12,531 bases of DNA from an archaeon. GTDB lineage: Archaea; Iainarchaeota; Iainarchaeia; Iainarchaeales; Iainarchaeaceae. Made by a program: the position numbers and the translations under genes. The stretch is taken from the NCBI GenBank assembly GCA_038046625.1, contig JBBSVV010000025.1:2541-15071 (forward strand), in the 5' to 3' direction. This document shows positions 1 through 8,503 of this stretch, piece after piece (the first letter of the stretch is position 1; every line of letters begins with the position of its first letter). The notes beneath the pieces are model-generated. The model saw nothing but the letters and a program-made list of their open reading frames with translations. It did no database searches and was not told the DNA's origin.

Positions 1-1514
<1,514 letters not shown>

Positions 1515-1530
1515 TCAGAAGCCCCGCATT

Positions 1531-2061
1531 TTAGCGCTTCTTTTTAGCTGCGCCATAACGCAGTTCCGCGGGGAAATTCAAATTTGTTTCCAGTGCTTTT
1601 ACAATTGCTATTGCCCTCTGCCTTGAATTCCCTTTCCGGGAAATGTTAAGCCTTTTCTCAAACATTTCTAAAAACTTCTCCGCGACTTTTTTGTCCCGCG
1701 GCCACTTCCTGACTGCCTCTCTCAATAGGTTGTATGAGTCAAAATATTTTGCTTCACCAAAAATAGCCGCTGATGCTATCGGCGCGTCACGTTCAGCCAG
1801 AAACTTGCCTCTGCTTTTTGCCGATTCATTGGAATAAAGTTTCCCGGCAGTTCCGTAAACAGGCCTTCCTTTATCGGCCGTCCGGCCGTATATTTTTTGA
1901 GTTTGGTTTGAAAGTCTCCTTTTATCAATATGAACTTTTCCGCTTTTCAAATGCATTGCAAGAGGGGTTCCAAGCTGCCCCGGCCAAAGCGCATATCTTT
2001 TTGTCAGCAAGCGCCGTGGCTCCGTAGGAGTTTTTCTGACTGTAGGTGTCCTTCGTGGCAT
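1531..2061 (-). CDS. Hypothetical, strongly basic soluble protein (176 aa, MPRRTPTVRK...AAKKKR)
   Basis: The longest ORF filling the gap between guaB and the SemiSWEET gene. Start moved from 2190 to the in-frame ATG at 2061, which removes the overlap with the SemiSWEET gene and lies 21 nt from a TTTAAA box (2083-2088). No family recognised. Confidence 0.7.
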   Translation of the reverse strand: MPRRTPTVRKTPTEPRRLLTKRYALWPGQLGTPLAMHLKSGKVHIDKRRLSNQTQKIYGRTADKGRPVYGTAGKLYSNESAKSRGKFLAERDAPIASAAIFGEAKYFDSYNLLREAVRKWPRDKKVAEKFLEMFEKRLNISRKGNSRQRAIAIVKALETNLNFPAELRYGAAKKKR

Positions 2062-2146
2062 GGCAAAATATCGTTTGCGTTGTTTAAATACTTTGTGTTC
2101 CGCGTTTCTGCACTTGCTTTTAAATGAATCGCCCAAAATTTTGCTT

Positions 2147-2407
2147 ATGACAGACCCTCTTGTGACTTTCCTCGGTTTTGTTGCGGGCACCCTGACTACG
2201 GTTGCGTTCCTGCCTCAAGTGATAAAGTCCCACAAATCAAAGAAAACGGGCGACATTTCAACAGGCTGGATTGCAATCACGGTTGTGGGCGTTTTCCTCT
2301 GGCTCGTTTACGGAATCCTTGCGCAGGACTTGCCCATAATTTTCGCGAACACCATAAGTCTTGTGCTCGCACTGACAATAGTTTTCCTCAAGCTAAGGCA
2401 CGGCTAA
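2147..2407 (+). CDS. SemiSWEET / PQ-loop (MtN3-saliva) transporter, 86 aa
   Basis: MTDPLVTFLGFVAGTLTTVAFLPQVIKSHKSKKTGDIS...LWLVYG...PIIFAN carries the PQ motif, three hydrophobic helices and the conserved W and N. ATG at 2147 is preferred over the track start at 2060; TTTAAA lies at 2119-2124. Confidence 0.93.
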   Translation: MTDPLVTFLGFVAGTLTTVAFLPQVIKSHKSKKTGDISTGWIAITVVGVFLWLVYGILAQDLPIIFANTISLVLALTIVFLKLRHG

Positions 2408-2422
2408 GGTTTTGCGCAAATT

Positions 2423-2806
2423 TTAGTTGCTTTTTCTGATGTAGCGCCACCAGTAAATCACGTTTATGGTTGCTGATGCGAGCAGCACGACAATCAAATC
2501 GAGCATGGTGTCGCCGAGGCTTCCCTGCGAAACCGTGCCGAACAAGGTATCTGAAAAGTACTCAATTATTTCCCACAGCGCGCCAATGCCCAGTGTGATT
2601 AAAACGTTTGCTGCAAAATAAAACTTTTTCAGGTACGCCAGCAAGAAGCTCACGAGGAGCGATGAAACCAGGGCTCCGCCGATGAAATGCATCACCGAAT
2701 CGAATTCAACGAGCGTGTCGTAAAAATGCAGGAAAACGCCCATCAATTCGCCGATTATGAAAATCGTGAGGAGGAAAAGAGTTTCCCTTGAAAAAAATTC
2801 CTTCAT
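2423..2806 (-). CDS. Small four-TM membrane protein, DUF2238/VanZ-like
   Basis: 127 aa hydrophobic ORF with motifs FDSVMHFIGG, ALWEIIEY and DTMLDL. The family call rests on motif recognition only. Confidence 0.7.
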   Translation of the reverse strand: MKEFFSRETLFLLTIFIIGELMGVFLHFYDTLVEFDSVMHFIGGALVSSLLVSFLLAYLKKFYFAANVLITLGIGALWEIIEYFSDTLFGTVSQGSLGDTMLDLIVVLLASATINVIYWWRYIRKSN

Positions 2807-2848
2807 TTCCGCACCAAGCCTTTTCGTCCATTTCTCAAAACATTTATT

Positions 2849-3125
2849 TCACTTTAATTTTTTGTATGTTTCATCGGTTTTCCTTTCCGCCTTTATCACG
2901 TTGATTATTTTTTCCTTCCAAAGGACTTCATAGGGGTACCCTTGCGTAAGTTATTCTTGCACGGTAAACAGAATCCATCCCCTTTACTTTGCTTATGTCA
3001 AAGCCGTGCACCGGCACGGGATTTGTTTCGAGTTCCATGATAAGGTTTCTTATTTTCTCCTTTACTTTTACATGGAAATCCTTTACATCCTTCTCCAACT
3101 TTGAGTAAACCCTCACTTCAAACAA
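2849..3125 (-). pseudogene. RelE/ParE-family toxin interrupted by a +1 frameshift (about 91 aa if repaired)
   Basis: Frame 0 reads MFEVRVYSKLEKDVK...LETNPVP...DISKVKGMDSVYRARITYARVP then CTA TGA (stop at 2928). Skipping one base at the CCCC run (2933-2936) continues YEVLWKEKIINVIKAERKTDETYKKLK to a TGA ending at 2849, restoring a typical RelE C-terminus. Confidence 0.85.
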
Positions 3126-3131
3126 TGGGGG

Positions 3132-3335
3132 TCACTTTTCAAGTATAGAAATAGCTTTTTTTGCGGTAATGAAATTCCCTTTTCTCATTTCGCTTCTTGA
3201 CCTATTCAATTCCGTGATTTCTTTTTTTGACAGCCTTTCAAACGGCAAAATGGAGTGCCTTAATTCGGCTACGGGATTTTCAAGCCTTTCAAGCTTTCTG
3301 TAAACCTTCTCCAAAGTGATTGTTTCCGAAGGCAC
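3132..3335 (-). CDS. Putative antitoxin of the RelE-type toxin (67 aa)
   Basis: Small gene 6 nt upstream of the toxin. The GTG start at 3335 is preceded by a GGTGA Shine-Dalgarno-like motif (3340-3344). Sequence: MPSETITLEKVYRKLERLE...LSKKEITELNRSRSEMRKGNFIT. Function is inferred from position and size. Confidence 0.75.
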   Translation of the reverse strand: MPSETITLEKVYRKLERLENPVAELRHSILPFERLSKKEITELNRSRSEMRKGNFITAKKAISILEK

Positions 3336-3359
3336 TTTTTCACCAAAATAATTACGGGC

Positions 3360-3383
3360 TTGAAAGTATAAATACCTTTTCAA
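3360..3383 (-). promoter_or_regulatory. BRE/TATA promoter of the toxin-antitoxin operon, embedded in an imperfect inverted repeat
   Basis: The minus strand reads GAAAAGG-TATTTATA about 32 nt upstream of the GTG. The plus strand TTGAAA-GTAT-AA-ATAC-CT-TTTCAA shows dyad symmetry. Confidence 0.55.
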
Positions 3384-3393
3384 TATCCCGTGG

Positions 3394-3810
3394 TCACGCT
3401 TTCCTTGCTTTCTCCTTTATTTTCGAGCTCTTGTAAACGCTTTCCATGAAAGGCTTCATGCGCCTCATCTCAACCTTTATTCCGCGCTCCGCAAACTTTT
3501 TTTCCAGTTCTTCATCGCTTGGCTTCTGGTCATAACCCATGGCAATTATTTGCGGCCTGACCTTCTCCACACTCTTTATCATGTCGTCCTCGAATCCTAT
3601 GATTGCGCCATCCACAATATCCAAAGCCGCAACCAATTCGCGGCGCTGCGCCTGATTGTTCAATGGAAGCTCGCCCTTGATTTTTTTCACGTTATTGTCC
3701 GTGGCAACAATAACAACCAGCTTATCCCCGAGGGATTTCGCCTGTGTAAGGTAACTCAAATGCCCCGGATGGAGAATATCAAAGGTGCCGAACGCGAGAA
3801 CCGTTTTCAT
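3394..3810 (-). CDS. ribL: Archaeal FAD synthetase (cytidylyltransferase-like nucleotidyltransferase)
   Basis: 138 aa with GTFDILHPGH (HxGH), LVVIVATD, GYDQ and YKSSKIK, matching RibL in size and motifs. Confidence 0.85.
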   Translation of the reverse strand: MKTVLAFGTFDILHPGHLSYLTQAKSLGDKLVVIVATDNNVKKIKGELPLNNQAQRRELVAALDIVDGAIIGFEDDMIKSVEKVRPQIIAMGYDQKPSDEELEKKFAERGIKVEMRRMKPFMESVYKSSKIKEKARKA

Positions 3811-3834
3811 GAATAAAATTCAGTAAAAACAGGC

Positions 3835-3841
3835 TTTTAAA
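3835..3841. promoter_or_regulatory. Candidate shared bidirectional TATA box for ribL and tyrS
   Basis: Palindromic TTTAAA (3836-3841) is 25 nt from the ribL start and 24 nt from the tyrS ATG at 3866, with purine-rich BRE-like runs upstream on both strands. Confidence 0.6.
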
Positions 3842-3865
3842 CTCTTTTTCCTCTTATTTTTGCTT

Positions 3866-4933
3866 ATGGATTTGGAATCAAGGCTTGATTTGATTCGCGA
3901 GGTCGGCGAGGAAATAATAACTGGGGAAGACCTGCGGCAGCTTCTTCAGACCAAAAAAACGCCCATTGCCTACGACGGCTTTGAACCTTCGGGAAAGATC
4001 CACATTGCGCAGGGAATCCTCCGCGCGATTAATGTGAACAAAATGACCAAAGCGGGGTGCAAATTCAAAATGTGGGTTGCCGATTGGCACGCGTGGGCAA
4101 ACAACAAAATGGGCGGCGACCTCGCAAAAATACAAAAGGCAGGCGAATACATGGTTGAGGTATGGAAGGCAACCGGAATGGACATGGGCAAGGTTGAGGT
4201 GCTCTGGGCTTCAGATGTGATGGGCAAGCGCGAGTACTGGGAAAAGGTAATGAAAATCGCAATCAATTCAACCTTGAACCGTACAATTAGGTGCTCGCAG
4301 ATAATGGGGCGCAAGGAAAATGAACTGCTTCAGACTTCGCAAATTTTTTACCCGTGCATGCAGGCCGCAGACATATTCCAGCTGGAAATCGACATCGCAC
4401 AATTGGGAATGGACCAGCGCAAGGTGAATGTTTTTGCCCGTGAACTGGCTCCGAAGCTTGGTTTTGCAAAGCCCGTTGCGGTTCATCATCACATGCTTCT
4501 CGGCCTGACGCAAATCAATACTGCCGCTTCGGGAATTGACCGCGCGATTGAAATGAAGATGTCCAAGTCAAAGCCCGAATCAGCTATCTTCATGACTGAT
4601 TCGCGCGAGGAAGTCGAGCGCAAAATAAAGAAAGCGTTTTGCCCCGAAAAAACCGTGCAGGATAACCCGATTCTGGATTACTGCAGGAATATTGTTTTCG
4701 AGAAATTCAAAAGCCTCGAGATTGAAAGGCCGGAAAAGTTCGGCGGCAACGTTGCTTACAATTCTTATGCGGAGCTTGAATCGGATTTTGCAGCGGGAAA
4801 ACTGCACCCAATGGATCTGAAGAACGCAACCGCATTGAAAATAAACGAGCTTCTGGAGCCCGTGAGAAAGCACTTTGAAAAGAACCCGAAGGCGAAGAAG
4901 CTCCTGCAGGAAGTAAACGCCGTTGAGAAATGA
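3866..4933 (+). CDS. tyrS: Tyrosine--tRNA ligase, archaeal/eukaryotic type
   Basis: Motifs YDGFEPSGKIHIAQG, ADWHAWAN, YPCMQAADI, GMDQRKVN, KMSKS, KKAFCP and LHPMDLK. ATG at 3866 is preferred to TTG at 3860. Confidence 0.98.
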   Translation: MDLESRLDLIREVGEEIITGEDLRQLLQTKKTPIAYDGFEPSGKIHIAQGILRAINVNKMTKAGCKFKMWVADWHAWANNKMGGDLAKIQKAGEYMVEVWKATGMDMGKVEVLWASDVMGKREYWEKVMKIAINSTLNRTIRCSQIMGRKENELLQTSQIFYPCMQAADIFQLEIDIAQLGMDQRKVNVFARELAPKLGFAKPVAVHHHMLLGLTQINTAASGIDRAIEMKMSKSKPESAIFMTDSREEVERKIKKAFCPEKTVQDNPILDYCRNIVFEKFKSLEIERPEKFGGNVAYNSYAELESDFAAGKLHPMDLKNATALKINELLEPVRKHFEKNPKAKKLLQEVNAVEK

Positions 4934-4981
4934 ATTTCCGGCAAGCCTTAAATACCTGTTATTGCCTTTAGTATACCGCTT

Positions 4982-5602
4982 ATGATGCTTTTTAAGAATC
5001 TCCTGCGGTCACAGTTCGAGCACGCGAACATCGGCCTGGCGATTGTTTTTTTCCTTTTGCCGACCCTGTTCCTTTCGGGTTCAAGCCTTGCCTTGGGGTT
5101 CTCAATGAATTTCGCGGGCCTAGCAGTCCTTGTTGCGCGCGAACTCATTTACTTTGTGCTCGCCTCAATTTTGATGTTCGTGCTCCTTATGGGCTTCAAG
5201 GGCGCCGAGACAAAAGGAAAGTTCCTGCACATAATGTCCGCATATTCAGTGAACTACCTCGTGGTTTTCTGCGCCGCCCTGATTGCGGTCATTCTTGTGG
5301 CCTTATTCATTCCGGGTTTTTTCCCAAAAATTGCTTCGCTCCAGGGCACCAACCCGAGCATAGATGACCTTGCATTGGCGATAAATTCCATTGACTTGCC
5401 CTCGCAGGCAATTGTACTGCTCCTCGAAATCCTGTTTTTAGCCGTCGGCATCGCCGCAATAATCCTGAACTTCTGGATTTTCTATTCAATCGGCCAGATA
5501 GTTAAGGCGACAAGCCTCTTCTCGAACCTGGTTTTCACCGTTGTTTTTGTGGGCCTCAGCTTCCTTCTTGGCCAGGCTCTTGGTTTCGTGCTCTCAATTT
5601 AG
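4982..5602 (+). CDS. Multi-pass membrane protein, possibly Yip1-like
   Basis: 206 aa with about five hydrophobic segments and a short polar linker (KGAETKGKF). The family call is tentative. Confidence 0.65.
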   Translation: MMLFKNLLRSQFEHANIGLAIVFFLLPTLFLSGSSLALGFSMNFAGLAVLVARELIYFVLASILMFVLLMGFKGAETKGKFLHIMSAYSVNYLVVFCAALIAVILVALFIPGFFPKIASLQGTNPSIDDLALAINSIDLPSQAIVLLLEILFLAVGIAAIILNFWIFYSIGQIVKATSLFSNLVFTVVFVGLSFLLGQALGFVLSI

Positions 5603-5620
5603 GCTCAAAAACCGGGAAAA

Positions 5621-5695
5621 GCGGCGCGCGAAGCAAGACCTATCGAGTCCCGAAGGGACGAAGATGGGGCGCCGTACCGCCGGCGGCTTCCGGCG
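5621..5695 (+). repeat. GC-rich branched palindromic element (REP-like DNA element or small structured RNA)
   Basis: Nested stems: GCGGCGC 5621-5627 with GCGCCGT 5669-5675; GCGAAGC 5628-5634; CCTATC 5639-5644 with GATGGG 5663-5668; GTCCC-GAA-GGGAC 5647-5659; CGCCGG 5678-5683 with CCGGCG 5690-5695. Only one copy is seen in this window. Confidence 0.55.
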
Positions 5696-5776
5696 CGCGG
5701 GCCTGCGGCGTTGCAAAGCTTTAAAACCCCTTTTCCTCAAGCCGTTTATTAGGTTTTTTTTGGGACGGGATAAGGC

Positions 5777-5992
5777 TTGAAATGCACATGTCCATTATGC
5801 AAGACAGAGCATGACCTTAGCCTCAATGATTATGACGAGGGCGATTTCTTCAAGTGCGAGGAATGCGGCGAACTCCTGGAAATAGGCATAAAGAAGGGCA
5901 AAATAAGGCTTGTCACGGATCAGGAGAAAAAGTTCGAGGAAATGGAAAACCTTGAAGACGAGCTCGATTACGATAAAGACGAAGCCGAGTAA
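5777..5992 (+). CDS. Small acidic zinc-ribbon protein, LysW-like architecture
   Basis: 71 aa, TTG start. Two CxxC pairs (CPLC, CEEC) with a LysW-like spacer (GDFFKCEECGELLEI) and an acidic tail ending DKDEAE. Confidence 0.75.
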   Translation: MKCTCPLCKTEHDLSLNDYDEGDFFKCEECGELLEIGIKKGKIRLVTDQEKKFEEMENLEDELDYDKDEAE

Positions 5993-6071
5993 ATTTTCCG
6001 GATTTTCACTTGATTTAAGCGGTTCTGAAACCTTTATTATAACGAACCCCAAAAGTATTTACTGAAAACGC

Positions 6072-7469
6072 ATGCTCAAGGTTTACAATACCATTTCAAG
6101 GAACACGGAGGAATTCGTTCCCCTTAAGCCAAAGCAGATAGTAGGCATGTACGTGTGCGGCCCAACTGTTTACGGCCCTGGCCATATAGGGCATGCGCGC
6201 ACCTACGTTGCATTTGACATAATACGCAAATATCTCGAATACAGGGGCTACAAGGTCAAATACGTTGTCAACATCACTGATGTCCATGACGACATGATAA
6301 AAACCGCGAATGAACAGGGCATAACAATTTTCGAATTGGCGGACAAAAACATTGCGCTCTTCATGAAGGACCTCTCCGCCTTGGGAATCAAGAAGCCGGA
6401 TGTGATGCCGCGAGTCACGGAACACATAAAGGAAATAATAGAAATGGTCAAAACTCTCGAAAAAAAAGGTTTTGCATACGAAACCGACGACGGCGTTTAT
6501 TACTCGATTTCGAAATTCAAGGAATACGGTAAGCTTGGCAATGTCCAGGTGAAGAAAAGCGTTACCGGAACAAGGGTTGAAACCGACAAGTACGAAAAAG
6601 AAAACCCAATGGATTTTGCGCTGTGGAAAAAATCGAAGCCGGGCGAACCATACTGGAAAAGCCCGTGGGGCGAAGGAAGGCCCGGTTGGCACATTGAATG
6701 CAGTGCAATGAGCTCCAAGTATTTGGGGGAACAATTTGATATTCACGGTGGCGCGGTAGATTTGGTTTTTCCGCACCACGAAAATGAAATCGCGCAGAGT
6801 GAAGCAACCTACGGAAAGCACCCATTCGTAAAGTACTGGATGCACGCCGGATTTTTGAACGTGAACGGCGAAAAAATGTCGAAAAGCTTGGGCAACTTCA
6901 TAATAATTCCGGATTTGCTTGCAAAGTACAATCCAAAAGTTTTCAGGTACTTCATTTCCTCGCTGCATTACCGCTCGCGCATTGATTTCAACGACAAGGC
7001 AATGTCCATAGCGGAAAAAAACCTGGAGAAGTGGAACAACCTCATACAGGAACTTTTGAATGCAGAAGGTTCAGGCGCAAAGGAAATTGATTCTCTGATT
7101 GAAAATTGCCGCAAAGAGTTCGTGAAGCACATGGATGAGGACTTCACTTTGCCGAACGCTTGGGCCTCACTTTACTATTTCCAGTCGAAAATAAATTCCT
7201 TGCTCTCGGAAAGAAAAATTTCAAGGGAAAATTCAGAAAAAATTATTGTGTTCCTGAAGGAGCTTGACTCCATTTTCGGCGTGTTTTCATTCGAAAAGAA
7301 AGAGGCCGAGGCCCTTCCAAAGGAACTCATGGCTATGGTTGAAAAAAGGTCTAAATTCAAAAAGCGCAAGGATTACGCGCGGGCGGACAAAATAAGGGCC
7401 GAACTCCTGGCAAAGGGCATTGAGCTCTTTGATACTCCTGAAGGCGTGAAGTGGCGCAAAATCCAATAG
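6072..7469 (+). CDS. cysS: Cysteine--tRNA ligase
   Basis: Motifs MYVCGPTVY, HIGH, DFALWK, GRPGWHIECSAM, DIHGG, FPHHENE, KMSKSLGN, HYRS and the C-terminal ADKIRAEL. Confidence 0.99.
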   Translation: MLKVYNTISRNTEEFVPLKPKQIVGMYVCGPTVYGPGHIGHARTYVAFDIIRKYLEYRGYKVKYVVNITDVHDDMIKTANEQGITIFELADKNIALFMKDLSALGIKKPDVMPRVTEHIKEIIEMVKTLEKKGFAYETDDGVYYSISKFKEYGKLGNVQVKKSVTGTRVETDKYEKENPMDFALWKKSKPGEPYWKSPWGEGRPGWHIECSAMSSKYLGEQFDIHGGAVDLVFPHHENEIAQSEATYGKHPFVKYWMHAGFLNVNGEKMSKSLGNFIIIPDLLAKYNPKVFRYFISSLHYRSRIDFNDKAMSIAEKNLEKWNNLIQELLNAEGSGAKEIDSLIENCRKEFVKHMDEDFTLPNAWASLYYFQSKINSLLSERKISRENSEKIIVFLKELDSIFGVFSFEKKEAEALPKELMAMVEKRSKFKKRKDYARADKIRAELLAKGIELFDTPEGVKWRKIQ

Positions 7470-7528
7470 TGGCGGCTTTTTCCGAAAAAATCGCTTTTTT
7501 AAAATAATCCTGTTTTAAATCCACTATC

Positions 7529-8467
7529 ATGCTTGACCTCGCTCTGATAGGCCTGACGATTCTCGGGCTCATGATGTTCGAGACAATAATCTCAATCGAC
7601 AACGCGGTAATCAATGCGGATGTTCTCTCAAAAATGTCCCAGAAGGCGAGGCGCTGGTTCCTCACTTGGGGCCTCTTGTTCGCGGTTTTTGTTGTCCGCG
7701 GCCTGCTTCCATGGCTCATTGTTTGGCTCGCGAACCCTTCCCTCGGGCCAATACAGGCTCTTACCGCTACCTTCAGTTCCGACCCGTTGGTGCATGAATC
7801 AATTGAAACATCGAAGCCCGTGCTCCTAGTGGGCGGCGGAGTTTTCCTTGTTTTCCTTTTCTTCCACTGGCTCTTCATGGAGCCAAAGAATTACGGTTTG
7901 CTCGGCGAGAAAACCGTTCAAAGGTACAGCCTCTGGTTCTTTGCCGTTGTTTCCATTCTGCTCGCGCTCATAGTTTGGTTTGCAACCCAAGTAAGCGGAT
8001 TAATGGCTTTCGGCGCGGTTGTGGGTTCAACGGCATTCTTCATTACCCACGGCTTCAAGGAGAATGCCGAGTCGAAAGAGAAGGAGCTGCTCCGCGGAAA
8101 TTCGAACATGAGCGACTTCAGCAAAATACTTTACTTAGAGGTCATCGACACCACATTCTCGATTGACGGCGTCATAGGCGCGTTCGCATTCACCCTTTCG
8201 GTTCCGCTCATAATACTAGGCAACGGCCTCGGCGCCTTGGTTGTGCGGGAATTCACAATCCGCAACATCGAGAACGTGAAAAAATACAAATATTTGAAGA
8301 ACGGCGCAATGTACTCGATTTTTTTCCTTGGGTGCATAATGCTGCTTGATGCGTTCGGCGCGCACATCCCTGAATTCGTTTCCCCGATAATTACTTTCGC
8401 TGTGATTGGCTACTTCTTCCTGAAATCAAAAAAGGAGCTTGACAAGGCGCAGAAGAAAACAAAATGA
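7529..8467 (+). CDS. DUF475 / TerC-superfamily integral membrane protein (putative divalent metal transport)
   Basis: Motifs ETIISIDNAVINA, YLEVIDTTFSIDGVIGAFA, GNGLGALVVR and YLKNGAMYSI, with multiple TM helices. Confidence 0.85.
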   Translation: MLDLALIGLTILGLMMFETIISIDNAVINADVLSKMSQKARRWFLTWGLLFAVFVVRGLLPWLIVWLANPSLGPIQALTATFSSDPLVHESIETSKPVLLVGGGVFLVFLFFHWLFMEPKNYGLLGEKTVQRYSLWFFAVVSILLALIVWFATQVSGLMAFGAVVGSTAFFITHGFKENAESKEKELLRGNSNMSDFSKILYLEVIDTTFSIDGVIGAFAFTLSVPLIILGNGLGALVVREFTIRNIENVKKYKYLKNGAMYSIFFLGCIMLLDAFGAHIPEFVSPIITFAVIGYFFLKSKKELDKAQKKTK

Positions 8468-8503
8468 GGGTGAAAAACGTTTACAAAAAACGTATTTTTC
8501 CTA

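Noticed and set aside
2062..2190. Overlapping divergent N-terminal extensions of track ORFs 1531..2190 and 2060..2407
   Set aside because: Downstream ATGs (2061 and 2147) each have a TATA box at the usual spacing and remove the overlap.
2411..2420. Perfect palindrome TTTGCGCAAA between convergent genes
   Set aside because: Only 10 bp with no loop; chance occurrence is plausible.
5640..5663. Hammerhead ribozyme resemblance (GAG-UCCC-GAA-GGGA-CGAA)
   Set aside because: The core needs CUGANGA and GAAA; here it reads CUAUCGA and GAAG, and the flanks pair with each other instead of forming stems I and III.
5621..5715. tRNA or other standard RNA gene in the GC-rich spacer
   Set aside because: No cloverleaf with D, anticodon and T arms on either strand, and it is too short for SRP or RNase P RNA.
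5541..5780. 79-aa plus-strand ORF across the GC-rich spacer
   Set aside because: It overlaps the upstream gene, and its Arg/Ala/Gly-rich translation is explained by the GC-rich palindromes.
6096..6968. 290-aa antisense ORF inside cysS, and similar antisense ORFs over guaB, tyrS and the transporters
   Set aside because: They lie wholly opposite well-supported genes and have no recognisable motifs; these are codon-bias shadow ORFs.
8473..8493. Direct repeat AAAAACGT x2 upstream of the heme reductase-like gene
   Set aside because: Short and low-complexity within an A-rich promoter region; insufficient to call a site.
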